Shown: piece by piece, positions 11,660 through 25,149 of the stretch
Position numbering within the stretch: position 1 is the first letter of the stretch
Layout: the number at the start of each line of letters is the position of its first letter
From: the human T2T-CHM13v2.0 reference genome, Homo sapiens
NCBI RefSeq assembly: GCF_009914755.1
Contig: NC_060938.1
Strand: one strand, 5' to 3'
Length of the DNA: 64,000 bases
Program-made: the position numbers and the translations under genes
The notes under the pieces: model-generated
Databases searched by the model: none
What the model saw: only the letters and a program-made list of their open reading frames with translations
What the model was told of the DNA's origin: nothing

Positions 11660-13430
11660 GATACCTCTACTCCCTCCTTGGCGACCGATCATGCACCCCT
11701 TACCATCTCATTAAAACCTAATCACCCTTACCCCGCTCAATGCCAATATCCCATCCCACAGCATACTTTGAAAGGATTAAAGCCTGTTATCACTCGCCTG
11801 CTACAGCATGGCCTTTTAAAGCCTATAAACTCTCCTTAGAGTTCCCCCATTTTACCTGTCCTAAAACCAGACAAGCCTTACAAGTTAGTTCAGGATCTAT
11901 GCCTTATCAACCAAATTGTTTTGCCTATCCACCCCATGGTGCCAAACCCATATACTCTCCTATCCTCAATACCTCCCTCCACAACCCTTTATTCTGTTCG
12001 GGATCTCAAACATGCTTTCTTTACTATTCCTTTGCACCCGTCATCCCAGACTCTCTTCGCTTTCACTTGGACTGACCCTGACACCCATTAGGCTCAGCAA
12101 ATTACCTGGGCTGTACTGCCGCAAGGCTTCACAGACAGCCCCCATTACTTCAGTCAAGCCCAAATTTCATCCTCATCTGTTACCTATCTCGGCATTATTC
12201 TCATACAAACACACGTGCTCTCCCTGCTGATCATGTCTGATTAATCTCCCAAACCTCAATCCCTTACAAAACAACAACTCCTTTCCTTCCTAGGCATGCT
12301 TAGGGTGGTCAGAATTCTTACACAAGAGCCAGGACCACACCCTGTAGCCTTTCTGTCCAAACAACTTGATCATACTCTTTTAGCCTAGCCCTCATGTCTG
12401 CGTGCAGCCGCTGCCGCTGCTTTAATACTTTTAGAGGCCCTAAAAATCACAAACTACGCTCAACTCACTCTCTACATTTCTCATAACTTCCAAAATCTAT
12501 TTTCTTCCTCATACCTGATGCATATACTTTCTGCTCCCCAGCTCCTTCAGCTGTACTCACTCTTTGTTAAGTCCCACAATTACCATTGTTCCTGGCCCGG
12601 ACTTCAATCTGGCCTTGCACATTATTCCTGATACACCTGACCCCCATGACTGTATCTCTCTGATCCACCTGATATTCACCCCATTTCCCCATATTTCCTT
12701 CTTTCCTGTTCCTCACCCTGATCACGCTTGATTTATTGATGGCAGTTCCACCAGGCCTAATCACCACACACCAGCAAAGGCAGGCTATGCTATAGTACAA
12801 GCCACCAGCCCACCTCTCAGAACCTCTCATTTCCTTTCCATCGTGGAACTCTATCCTCAAGGAAATAACTTCTCAGTGTTCCATCTGCTATTCTACTACT
12901 CCTCAGGGATTATTCAGGCCCCCCTCCCTTCCCTACACATCAAGCTCGAGGATTTGCCCCCACCCAGGACTGGCAAATTAGCTTTACTCAACAAGCCCCG
13001 AGTCAGGGAACTAAAATACCTCTTAGTCTAAATAGACACTTTCACTGAGTAAGTAAAGGCTTTTCCTACAGGGTCTGAGAAGACCACCGCAGTCATTTCT
13101 TCCCTTCTGTCAGACATAATTCCTCAGTTTAGCCTTCCCACCTCTATACAGTCTGATAACAGACCAGCCTTTATTAGTCAAATCAGCCAAGCAGTTTTTC
13201 AGGCTCTTAGTATTCAGTGAAACCTTTATATCCCTTACGGTCCTCCTTCTTCAAGAAAAGTAGAACGGACTAAAGGTCTTTTAAAAACACACCTCGCCAA
13301 GCTCAGCCACCAACTTAAAAAGGACTGGACAATACTTTTACCACTTTCGCTTCTCAGAAGTCAGACCTGTCCTCAGAATGCTACAAGGTACAGCCCATTT
13401 AAGCTCCTGTGTAGACTCTCCTTTTTATTA
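11660..13430 (+). pseudogene. pol: HERV-H pol remnant (RT/RNaseH/IN, deleted and stop-interrupted)
   Basis: RT motifs LVQDL, DLKHAFF and VLPQGFTDSPHYFSQA, then a jump to QISSSSVTYLG near 12160 (YxDD deleted). IN-like LV*IDTFT, IQSDN, KVERT. Confidence 0.9.
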
Positions 13431-14039
13431 GGCCCCAGTCTCATTCCAGACACCAGACCAACTTACACTGTGTCCCAAAAAAACTTGTCATCCCTATCTT
13501 CTGTCTAGTCATACTCCTATTCACCGTTCTCAACTACTCATACATGCCCTGCTCTTGTTTACACTGCCGGTTTACACTGTTTCTCCAAGCCATCACAGCT
13601 GATATCTCCTGGTGCTATCCCCAAACTGCCACTCTAAACTCTTGAAGTAAATAAATAATCTTTGCTGGCAGGACTATGCTGAACCTCCTTAGGCACTCTC
13701 TAATTAGATGTCCTCGGTCCTCCCAATTCTTAGACCTTTTATACCTGTTTTTCTCCTTCTCTTATTCCATTTAGTTTTTCAATTCATACAAAACTGTATC
13801 CAGGCCATCACCAATCATTCCATATGACAAATGTTCCTTCTAACATCCCCACAATATCACCCCTTACCACAAGATCTCCCTTCAGCTTAATCTCTCCCAC
13901 TCTAGGTTCCCACGCCGCCCCTAATCCCGCTTGAAGCAGCCCTGAGAAACATCGCCCATTCTCTCTCCATACCACCCCCCAAAAATTTTCGCCGCCCCAA
14001 CACTTCAACATTATTTTGTTTTATTTTTCTTATTAATAT

Positions 14040-14052
14040 AAGAAGGCAGGAA
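14040..14052 (+). other. Polypurine tract
   Basis: aagaaggcaggaa immediately before the 3' LTR TG. Confidence 0.85.
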
Positions 14053-14514
14053 TGTCAGGCCTCTGAGCCCAAGCCAAGCCATCGCATGCCCTGTGACTTG
14101 CAAGTATACATCCAGATGGCCTGAAGTAACTGAAGATCCACAAAAGAAGTAAAAATAACCTTAACTGATGACATTCCACCATTGTGATTTGTTTCTGCCC
14201 CACCCTCACTGATCAATGTACTTTGTAATCTCTGCCACCCTTAAGAAGGGTCTTTATAATTTCCCCCACCCTTAAGAAGGTTCTTTGTTATTCTCCCCAC
14301 CCTTGAGAATGTACTTTGTGAGATCCACCCCTGCCTGCAAAACATTGCTCTTAACTTCACCACCTATCCCAAAACCTCTAAGAACTAATGATAATCCACC
14401 ACCCTTTGCTGACTCTCTTTTTGGACTCAGCCCGCCTGCACCCAGGTGAAATAAACAGCTATGCTGCTCACACAAAGCCTGTTTAGTGGTCTCTTCACAC
14501 GGACGTGCATGAAA
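14053..14514 (+). mobile_element. HERV-H 3' LTR (LTR7Y-like)
   Basis: 462 bp. 15 substitutions and no indels versus the 5' LTR by manual alignment (~96.8% identity). Confidence 0.95.
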
Positions 14515-14769
14515 ATAACTATATGAGGTAATACATATGTTAATTAGCTGGATTTTGTCATTTTACAGTGTATATATACTTCAAAACTTCATGACATACA
14601 TAGTAAACATATACAATTTTATCCGTCAAAAAAATAATAATAATAGGCAGAGTCTAAGGTGAGAGTCAACTGAGATGTGTAGCTTCTCCCCGGTAGTGAC
14701 AGTGATTGAGCAAATAAAAAAATGTATTTCTGTCCACTTGACTGAGGTCCAAATAGGTTGTCCTCATTC

Positions 14770-14915
14770 AAGTGAACAGCAATTCATTCATTCATTTACT
14801 TATTTATTCAACTTACCTGCTGAGTGATTTCTAAGTATAAGGAACTGTTAAATGCTGAGGATATACGGGAGTCAAGCATAGCACCTATCTTCAACTTAAA
14901 ATCTAGTGGAAAAAT
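14770..14915 (-). mobile_element. L2 3' end fragment
   Basis: (cattcatt)n-like tail followed by 'tgctgaggatatac...gcacctatcttca...tctagtgga'. Confidence 0.55.
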
Positions 14916-15487
14916 GCTACTTAAATTAGTATTGTTTAATACTAATTAATTACTGTTAATGACAGCTGAGAATTATTGACTAAATACTTGATATAAATCA
15001 TTCAAAAACTCTGGTCTAAAAAGAAAATATAAAGCTCTACCTTAATTAGTGCCTGCAATTGCTAAGGGCTGTGAAGGGCAGGAGCTCAAAATTAATATTT
15101 AATTTTATATAAGTTTATGCATGTAATGAGGAACTCATTATTTTGAATCATAATATTGTTAAATTGAAGTAGAAAAAGAAAAAAGCTGACTGCTAGAACT
15201 GAAAATTTTTTAGAGATCCTCATTTTACACATAGAGAAATAGTAGCTGAGAGTTAGCAAATAAGAACCTTAGATTCAGTTACAGTGTTTGGGAAGAGATT
15301 GGCTGATTTTGTCTTAAAACTGATTTCTATTACTTTGTGGTTATTGTCTTTATACACATTAGGTAGCCAGAGTGATCTTTAAAATATATATATATACACA
15401 CACACATGTGTTTAAAGCTGTTTCAAATCGTTAAATAGTTTTCTATGGCTCTTAAGAGAATAACCAAAATATTTATTTGGCTCATAT

Positions 15488-16483
<996 letters not shown>

Positions 16484-16896
16484 AATTCTTTCTTGAAGCA
16501 GTATCAAGAACCTGGAACACAGGCAGGGACTTGGGTCTCATTGGCATCTGGAGACCCTCCTAAGCCCTCCAGCAACAATACTGCATGCAGGAGCTGGTCC
16601 CCTCTCTAACCACTGGCTTCCTGCATCGCAGCTACACTGACGGCTTCTCGTTCTTCCAGAACTCTAAAGCCGCCTGTGTCCTCCGTTCTCTACAGGTACT
16701 GTTTCCTCTGCCTAGATTTCTCCTTCCACTCACGTTGTTAACCGCAATCTTCAGCTCAAACCCTATTTTATAACAGATGCCTTCCTGGACCCTTTCAACT
16801 TGGTGAACTACACCTGCAATATGGTCACATAGCTTTCTAAAATGTTCTTTATAATTGTAAATTTATTTTTTGAATTATTTAGTCTGTCTCCGTCAT

Positions 16897-17390
16897 ATCT
16901 CGCCCTAGGTTTCCCCAGAGCAGAAGAGAAAAAGACTTGTGTGCAAGTAGTTTAATTGAAAATGGATTCCAGGGAATAGGAGTGAGAGGCCAGACTGAAA
17001 TAAGTTAAATCAGGGAAGTAAGAAAGACCACTATGGACTTAAATGTGTTCCCACTAGGGCTAATAAGAAACTTGATGAAATGCATCCCTGAACTGTCTGG
17101 CTTGCAGATGACAGAGGAAATCATTTATTTATTGGCTCCATTCTCTTTGGTCCAGGGTAAGCCCATAACATCTGTGCCTAAATACTATTTTGCAAAGAAA
17201 AAAAATGCTGACTAGATCCCCATGGGGTCCTATTCCCTGGTAAGGGAATTTGGGGATGGGAATTGGGAAGGTGGAAGTCCACGGTAAGGCACTGTTAGTT
17301 TGCACCTGTCCTAAGTTCTACCACAGCCACAGCAATGGTATGAATAAAAGGTGGGGCTGAGGGATTTATAAATGGGGCATAGGAATTATA
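16897..17390 (-). mobile_element. LTR16-like ERVL LTR
   Basis: 'taggtttccccagagcaga...gacttgtgtgcaagtagtttaattg' resembles the antisense 3' end of LTR16. Confidence 0.5.
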
Positions 17391-17988
17391 CCTTCCCAGG
17401 ATATTAGAGCAGATATATGATTATCTTTCTAATTATTATATAGTTATCACCTCACTTAATGTCTGGCATATAGTAAACACTCAATAAATCTTTTTAATAA
17501 TCAGTACAGTATAGAAATTTCTTTGGCCTCCAAATTTATGGGCTATCATATTATATTTGATTATTATTTTCTGTTTAAAAAGAAACAATTTGGAGTACAC
17601 AAAACAGTAGTTTCATCTGGCTCAGAGTTTAATGGTATCAAAGTTTTCTCTCACTCACGAGGAAAAATACAATGCTGCCACCTTAGCTTATCAATATCAA
17701 GGATTGAATATGGACATTTCAATAGTATTCTGAAGCAAGCAACCCTACACCTTGCCAGGGTGATTGGGGGCAGTTAAATAGATAATGAGGGAGTATATCA
17801 AATGACAACTGTGTACAGACACCTGGGTAAAGAATACATTTAAAGGAGATATTCATTATATAATATTGTACTTTTTATTTCTTATATTTTCAACTTTTAT
17901 TTTAGATTAAGGGGTACATGTGAAGTTTAGTTACATGGGCAAATAGCTTGATGCTGAAGTTTGGGCTACAAATGATCCCATCACCCAG

Positions 17989-18355
17989 TGATATGGTTTG
18001 AATTTGTGCCCCCTCCCAGATCTCATGTCAAATTGGAGGAAGGCCCTGGTGGAAGGCAATTGGATCATGGGGGCAGATTTCTTCCTTGCTGTTCTCACGC
18101 TAATGAGTGAGTTCTCATGAGATCTGATGGTTTAAAAGTATGTGGCACTTCCCCCTTCACTCTCTCTGTCCTACTGCCAGGTAAAGACGGTGCTTGCTTC
18201 CCCTTCATCCTTCCACCAAGGTTGTAAGTTTCCTGAGGTCTCCCAGTCATGTTTCCTGCTAAGCCTGCAGAACTGTGAGTCAGCTAAACCTCTTTTCTTC
18301 ATAAATTACCCAGTTCAGGTAGTTCTTTATAGCAGTGTGAGAATGGACTAAAACA
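17989..18355 (+). mobile_element. MSTA MaLR solo LTR nested in L1
   Basis: tgatatggttt...gactaaaaca with perfect 5-bp TSD CCCAG (17984-17988, 18356-18360). Confidence 0.9.
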
Positions 18356-19119
18356 CCCAGTTAGAGAGAATAGTATCCAAGAGTTATTTTTCCAGCCCTT
18401 GTCCCTCCCTCACTACTCCCTCTGGTAGTTCTCAGTGTCTGTTCTTGCCATGTTAATATCCACAACTACCAAATGATTGATTCTCACTTATAAGTGAGAA
18501 CATATGGTATTTAATTTTCTGTTTCTGTAGTAATTTGCTTAGGATTAATGGCTTTCAGCTGCATTCATGTTGCTGTAAAGAAAATTGTGTTATTTTTTCA
18601 TGGCTGCATAGTATTCCATGGTGTAAATATACCATGTTTTCTTTCTCCAGTTCATTGTTGATAGGCAGCTAGGTGGATTCCATGATTTTTTTAATGTGAA
18701 TAGTGCTGCAGTGAACACATGAGTGCATATTGTGTGTCTTTTTGGTACAACGATTTATTTTCTTTTGGATAGATACCCAGTAATGAGACTTCTGGGTCAA
18801 ACAGTAGTTCTAAGTTCTTTGAGAAATCTTCAAACTGCTTTCCACAGTGGCTGAACTAAATATATTCCCACCAAAAGTGGATAAGTGTTCCCTTTTCTCC
18901 ACAGCCTTGCCAGATGATCTGTTGGTGTTCTTTTTTTTTTTTTTAACTTTTGAATAATCGCGATTCTGACTGGTGTGAGATGGTATCTCATTGTGGTTTT
19001 GATTTGAATTTCTCTGATGTTTAGTAATGTTCAGCATTTTGTAATATGCTTGTTGGCTGCTTGCATGTTTTATTTGAGAACTGTTTGTTCATGTCTTTTG
19101 CCCACTTTTTAATGGAGTT

Positions 19120-19158
19120 GTTTTGTTTTTGTTTTTGTTTTTTGAGACAGAGTCTCAG
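19120..19158 (-). mobile_element. Extremely 5'-truncated Alu (3'-terminal ~14 nt + tail)
   Basis: (gttttt)n + 'gagacagagtctca' flanked by a perfect 28-bp direct repeat (19092-19119, 19159-19186). Confidence 0.8.
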
Positions 19159-20774
19159 TGTCTTTTGCCCACTTTTTAATGGAGTTATTTGTGTTTTCTT
19201 ATTAAGTTCTTTATAGATTCTCTACAGTAGACCTTTGTCAGATGCATAGTTTGTTAATATTTGCTCCCATTCTGTAGGTTTTCTGTTCAGTCTCTTGATA
19301 GTTTCTCTCACTGTGCAGAAGCTCTTTAGTTTATGTAGGTCCCATCTCTCAATTTCTTTTTTGTCACAATTGCTTTTGAGGATTTAGTTGTAAATTATTT
19401 TCCAAGGCTGATGCCCAGAGTGATATTTTCTAGAGTTTTTTCCAGAATTTTTATAGCTTCAGGTTTTACATTTACATGTCTGATCCATCTTGAGTTAATT
19501 TGTGTATATGGTGAAAGGTAGGGGTCCAGTTTCATTCTTCTGCATATAGCTAGCCAATTATCCCAATACTGTTTATTAAACATGAAGTCCTTTCTTGATT
19601 GCTTATTTTTATCTAATTTGTCAAAGATCAGATGGCTGTAGGTGTGTGGATTTACTTCTGGGTTCTGTATTCTAACCTATTGTTCTATATGTCTGTTTTT
19701 GTACCAGTACCATGTTGTTTTGGTTACTGCAGCCTTATTACTATAAGTATATTTATATAAGTATATAAGTATAGTTTGAAGTCAGGTATTATGATGCCTC
19801 TATCTTCGTTCTTTTTGCTTAGGATTGCTTTGGTTGTTTGTGCCCCTTATTACATATGAATTTTGGAATCATGTTTTTCTAGTTCTGTGAAAAAATAATG
19901 TTAGCTGTTTGATAGGAACAGCATTAAATCTGTAGATTGCTTTGAGCAGTATGGTAATTTTAATGACATTTATTCTTCCAATCCATGAGCATGGAATATT
20001 TTGCCATTTGTATGTGTTATATGTGATTTATTTCAGCAGTGTTTTACAGTTCTTCTTATAGAGATCTTTCACTTCCTTGATTAGATGTATTTCTAGGTAA
20101 TTTAGTTTGTTTGTGGCAACTGTAAATGGGATTGTGTTCTTGATTTTGTTCTCAGCTTGAATGTTATTGGTATATAGAAATGCTACTGATTTTTTTTTTA
20201 CAATGATTTTGTATCCTGAAACTTTACTGAAGTCAATTTATTAGTTCCAGGTGCCTTTTGGGTGAGTCTTTAGGGTTTTTCAGGTATAGAATCATGTTAG
20301 CCACAAAGAGAGAGTTTGTTTCCTTCTGTTCTTGTTTGGATTCCTTTTACTTCTTCCTCTTACCTGATTGCTCTGGCTATGACTTCCAGCATTATGAAGA
20401 CTGAGAGTGATAAGTGTGGGCATTATTGTCTTGTTCCAGTTCTTAGTGGGAATAGTTCCAGCTTTTGTTGGTTCAGTATGATGTTGGCTGTGAGTTTGTC
20501 AGAGATTATTCTTATTATTTTGAGGTATGTTCCTTTGAGGCCTAGTTTGCTGAGAGTTTTTAACATGAAGGTTTATTGTATTTTTTCAAAGACTTTTACC
20601 ATGTCTATGGAGATGATCACATCATTTTTGTTTTTAATTCTGTTTTTATGGTGAGTCACATTTATTGTTTTGTGACTGTTGAACTAAACTTGCATCCCAG
20701 AAATTATGTTTATAAGCGTGTTTCTATGTTAGTCGGTATTGTTGTTTTGTTTCCATGTTTTGAACTTTCTTAAG

Positions 20775-21106
20775 CAGTGGTCCCCAACCATACCTGGGAC
20801 CAGTTTCATGGAAGACAATTTTTCCATGGATTGTGGGGGCTGTGGGGTGGATTATGGTTCTGGGATGAAACTGTTCCACCTCAAATCATCAGGCATTAGT
20901 TAGAGTCTCATAAGGAGCACACAACCTAGATCCCTTGCATGTGCAGTTCACAATATGGTTTGTGCTCCTATAAGAATCTAATGTCATTACTGATCTGACA
21001 GGAGGTGGAGCTCAGGCAGTAAGGTGACTACCTCCTGCTGTGCAGCTCAGTTCCTAATAGGCCATAGACTGGTACTGTTTTCTGGTCCAGGAGTTGGGGA
21101 CCCCTG
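20775..21106 (+). mobile_element. MER1B (hAT-Charlie MITE) nested in L1
   Basis: TIRs cagtggtccccaac...gttggggacccctg. 8-bp TSD ttcttaag/ctcttaag. Confidence 0.9.
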
Positions 21107-22649
21107 CTCTTAAGGTCTCTTATAAGGCTGGTCTTATGGTAATGAATTCTCTTAGCACTTACTTGTCTAGAAAAGGTTTTATTTCTCCCTCACTGATGAA
21201 GTTTAGCTTGGTGGGATACGAAATTCTTGGTTAGAATTTCTTTGCTTTAAGAATGTTGAAAATAAACCCCCAATATTTCTTGGCTTGTGAGGTTTTTGCT
21301 GAGAAGTCTGCTGTTAGTCTGATGGGGTTCCCTTTGTACATGATCTGGCTTTTTTTCTTTAGTTGCCCTTGAGATTTTTTCTTTAGCTTTGATCTTGAAC
21401 AGTCTGGTGACTCTGCCTTGTTGGTGTTTGTTTTGTATAGTATCTTGCAGGTGTTTTATGCATTTCTTGTATTCAGATGTCTACCTGTCTATCAAGATTA
21501 GGAAAATTTTCTAAAAGTATTCCCTCAAATGTGTTTTCCAGGTTGTTTATTTTTCCTCCTTCTCTCTCGGAAATGCCAATAATTCCTAAGCTTGGTTGCT
21601 TTACATAATCACATATTTCTTGAAGATTTTGTTCATTTTTTACAATTCTTTTTTTTTTTTTTGTCTAAGTTAGTTTGAAAGATCAGTCTTCAAGCTCTGA
21701 AATTTTTGCTGAAATTCTTCAGTTTAGTCCAGTCTATTGATAAAGCTTTCAATTGTGTTTGAAATTCCTCAAGTGAGTTTTTCAATTCCAGAAGCTCTGA
21801 TTCATTTCTTTTTAAGATGTTTATCTCTTCCTTTATTTCCTGGATTTATTTAGAAGTTCCTTTGTGTTGACTCTAAAACTTGTCTTGGTCTCTTTCAGCT
21901 TCGTGCAATTCATGGTTTGAGTTCTTTATCTGTTATTTCTGAATTTCTCTTTTGGTTAGGGACCATTGCTGGAGAGCTAGTGTGATCCTTTGGAGATATC
22001 ACTACAATCATACTTTTTATGGTGCCAGAATTCTTGTGCCGGTTTCCTCTCATCTGGAGACACTGGTACTTCTGATTTTTGTAATAATTTTTGTTTGGAT
22101 AGGATTTTTAATTTTTCTTTTTTTATAATATTATTATTTTTTCTTTTACTTTCCCTTTCACCATCCCCTCTCCAGGTGGTGTGACTGTAGAAAATACTGG
22201 GTAGGGTATTTTGGCATTGCTTCTATAGCCCTATGAACATCTTTGAGCAGGTTTTATATTAGGCTGTGCAATTCAATCTATAAGCCAGTAGATTGCACTT
22301 ATAGGTAAGAGCCAGTTGCAGCCAATGTAACTAGATATACACATTTGACTTTTGTTTACTGGGAGAAGCTCTCTATTGCCTCAGTCAGTGGGGTGATCCA
22401 TGGAGTGTACAGTGGTCTGAGCTACCTGCTCAGCCCTTGGGTGGGGCAGGAGGGGCATAAGATGGGCCAGACATGGCAGGTACCCCAATGGCAGGCACAC
22501 ACACCAGTGCACAGTGAGTATCCAGTAAGCAATGACAGAGCACCCAAAGGTGTGCCTATGCATGGAGACAGAAAAACTTCTTGACTCCAAGGTCTTAGAA
22601 CAAGCAATGGGAGCAACTTAAACTCTGAGTCCAGGATAGTGTGTGATTC

Positions 22650-23220
22650 AGATGACTTGAGATTGGCCTATGCATTAAATATAGATGGCCATTCTGCAAC
22701 ACAATCTCTGCATAGGAAAGGTGAGGCAGCCCAGGCTCGAAATCCAGGCAAACAGGTGTTCTGACTGCTTGAGTATGAAGCAGAGAGGGCCCTGCTGCAT
22801 TACAATCTGTTCAGGAAAAGTGGGGCAGCTCAGACTGCCAATATGGGCAAGGAGGTGATTTGAATGCCTGGAGATCTGCCTGGACTTGGAGTGGAGAAGC
22901 CCTTGCCCTACATCAGATTATCTGCACAGGAAGAGTGGAATGGCTCAGGCTGCTGAACCAGGCAAGTAGGTGCTCTGAATGACTACAGATCTGCCTGGGC
23001 ATGAAACAGAGAGGGCCCCACTGCACCACAATCTATGCACAGAAGATGGGCCAGACATGGAAGAGAGGGGCAGATTAGGCTTCTGATCAAGGTGAGCAAG
23101 TTCTCCAACTACCTGGAGATCTGCCTGGATGTAAAGGCCCCCCTGCACCAATATCTCTGTACAGAAAGAGTGGGGCACCTCAGGTTGCTAGTCCATGCAA
23201 GCAGGTGTTCTGAATGCCTA
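22650..23220. repeat. About five diverged tandem units of ~105-130 bp in the L1 5' region
   Basis: Recurring 'gagatctgcctgg...agagagggccc...ctgcaccacaatct...ggggcagctcaggctgc...gcaagcaggtgttctgaatgcc' near 22660, 22770, 22871, 22987 and 23116. Confidence 0.85.
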
Positions 23221-23697
23221 AAGCAAGCATTTAAAAGAACTGAAAAACAAGAGAGAGAAGGATAAACCCCAATAACAACAGAGAAATATAATAGCTTTTC
23301 TACACAGAACTTGTAAATAAACTTGGCAAACTTCAAATAGTCTCTGTAATCACATGATTCTGTTTTCTGCTCATCGAAGAGAATTTCTTGCCCCTACTTT
23401 CTAAATTAGCAAGCCGTTCCTTGTTATTTCAAACTCTATCACCTTATTTTTCTCTATATTTGTTGTTGGTGCTTATCCTCACCTAACATACTCTACATTC
23501 AGTTATTAATTTATTGTTATTAACTACAACATAGTAATTATTAATTTATTGTCACTAGACTCCGAGCTTCATGGAACAGGCAGTTTTTCTGCTGTACTAG
23601 CTTCAAAGCCTAGAACAGATATTGGCATAAAATAGTAACTCGATCAATATGTAAAGAATAATTAACCCAACGAAATAATTCATGCATCAGTCTAGAG

Positions 23698-23890
23698 CAG
23701 GAGTTGGAAAATTACAGCCTGGCTCCTGCTTTTGTAAATAAAGTTCTATGGGAATACAGCCATATTCATTTACATATTGTCTATGGCTACTTTCTCACAA
23801 CAACAACAAATTGGAGTAATTATGATAGACCATATGGCCCACAGAGCTGACAATATTTACTATCTGAACCTTTACAGAGTAAGCGTTCTG
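23698..23890 (+). mobile_element. MER58A (hAT-Charlie)
   Basis: 'tttgtaaataaagttctatgggaatacagccat...tatttactatctgaacctttacaga'. TSD-like gtctagag/ttttagag. Confidence 0.8.
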
Positions 23891-25149
23891 TTTTAGAGTC
23901 CTAGCACACAAAAAGTCAGAATTTATAATTATAATTCTCATTTTCTAAAAATCATATCACAGATGCAGACTTTTAACTATTTTTACTTTTCAGTACATGT
24001 ATATATGCTTATGTATTTTTTGATATTTTTCTGAATGCCATATAAATGATATCATAACTTCTGTTCTTCTCTGATATAAATTAATTTTCCCCATGCCTGT
24101 TAACTCTTCTTAAGGGGAAGAGCTGTAAGCTAAAAAACAAAATTGTGTAAAATTTCCTAGAAATATGTCTCCAAATTTAGATATAGAAGATGTTTTATTC
24201 TAGTTAAAGCACTGCCATTAACTAGATGTGTAATCTTACATCGTGTAACTACCTAGAACGACATATTTTCTTGCCTGAAAAATGTGTTAGATTAATTTTA
24301 AGATGTTTCTGGCTCTAAAATTCTTATATTAATGATTATCCATATAAACATTGAGGATATAACTTTTGAGGACAAACAAGAAAGTAGTTCAGTTAAAACA
24401 GTTCAATTTATTTGTTCTCAAAAAATTGTAAAACTGAGAAAAAACAAAAGGCATATATTGGTTTAATATTCTTTCTGTATCCAGCTGACAGAAAGAATGT
24501 GACAAAGAACTAGACAGGACTGGGATTATAGTTATTGAACTGGACTGATGGAGTCTTGACATTGTACAAATTAAGACTGAATAACTCAGATTTCTGTATT
24601 GTACTGTGAAGTATTGTGATTGATTCATCTTGAACTATAAGAGTCATCTTATTTTATTTTTGAAAGTATGTTAAGGAAGTTTGGGGTTCTTGTTATTCTA
24701 ACAGAATGTCCATTTCCATTTTCAGTTAGTTATTCTGTGGAAGGAATGTGAATGGTATTCATACTGAAGAACGAGATTCCTCCTCTTTTTGACTGAAGAC
24801 AGTTTAGGGTGAAGCATGAAAATTCTTATTAATGAGAATTGATTTACCCCTGCCAGGCGAAAGCTTGCTAGGTGTGGGGTTTGTAACCTGAGGCCAGGTT
24901 GAAGCAGTGGTCACTCTTAATAGAAATCATTATCTATTTGTCCTCCTTCCCCAAGTTTTCCTCAAAATCTTATTAACTGTTATAAATTTATATAACTTGT
25001 TTCTGACAGAAGATGTTATTTATGCTTCTGGGGTGCTAAACACTCTCCCCAAGACTACAGAATCAGCTGCATTCACCCATAGAAAAAAAAAGCTTTGTCA
25101 GTAGACTTGCTAGCTGGATAAAGCTGTTACTTTTTCTGTTATACTGTTA

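Larger units (their letters stand above)
8847..14514 (+). mobile_element. HERV-H provirus, internally deleted ~5.7-kb form with two LTRs
   Basis: Two 462-bp LTRs, tRNA-His PBS, gag/pro/pol/env remnants, PPT, perfect 5-bp TSD ATAAC (8842-8846, 14515-14519). Confidence 0.98.
8720..14640 (+). mobile_element. L1MA-type 3' end split by the HERV-H insertion (pieces ~8720-8846 and 14515-14640)
   Basis: Rejoining the flanks gives 'tgttctcaccacaaggatgATAACtatatgaggtaatacatatgttaattagctggatt...atatacaatttt...aaaaaaataataa', a typical L1MA 3' terminus. Confidence 0.8.
17873..23220 (-). mobile_element. L1PB-type LINE-1 with 3' UTR, partial ORF2, internal deletion, ORF1 and 5' region
   Basis: T-rich tail and 'ggggtacatgtg...aatgatcccatcacccag' 3' end. 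ORF2-like peptides (19395-19583 'WDNWLAICRRMKLDPYLSPYT'). ORF1-like antisense sequence 20706-22000. Confidence 0.9.

Noticed and set aside
11300-12230. Functional protease or reverse transcriptase
   Set aside because: The catalytic Asp is lost, the RT frame has in-frame stops, and the YxDD region is deleted.
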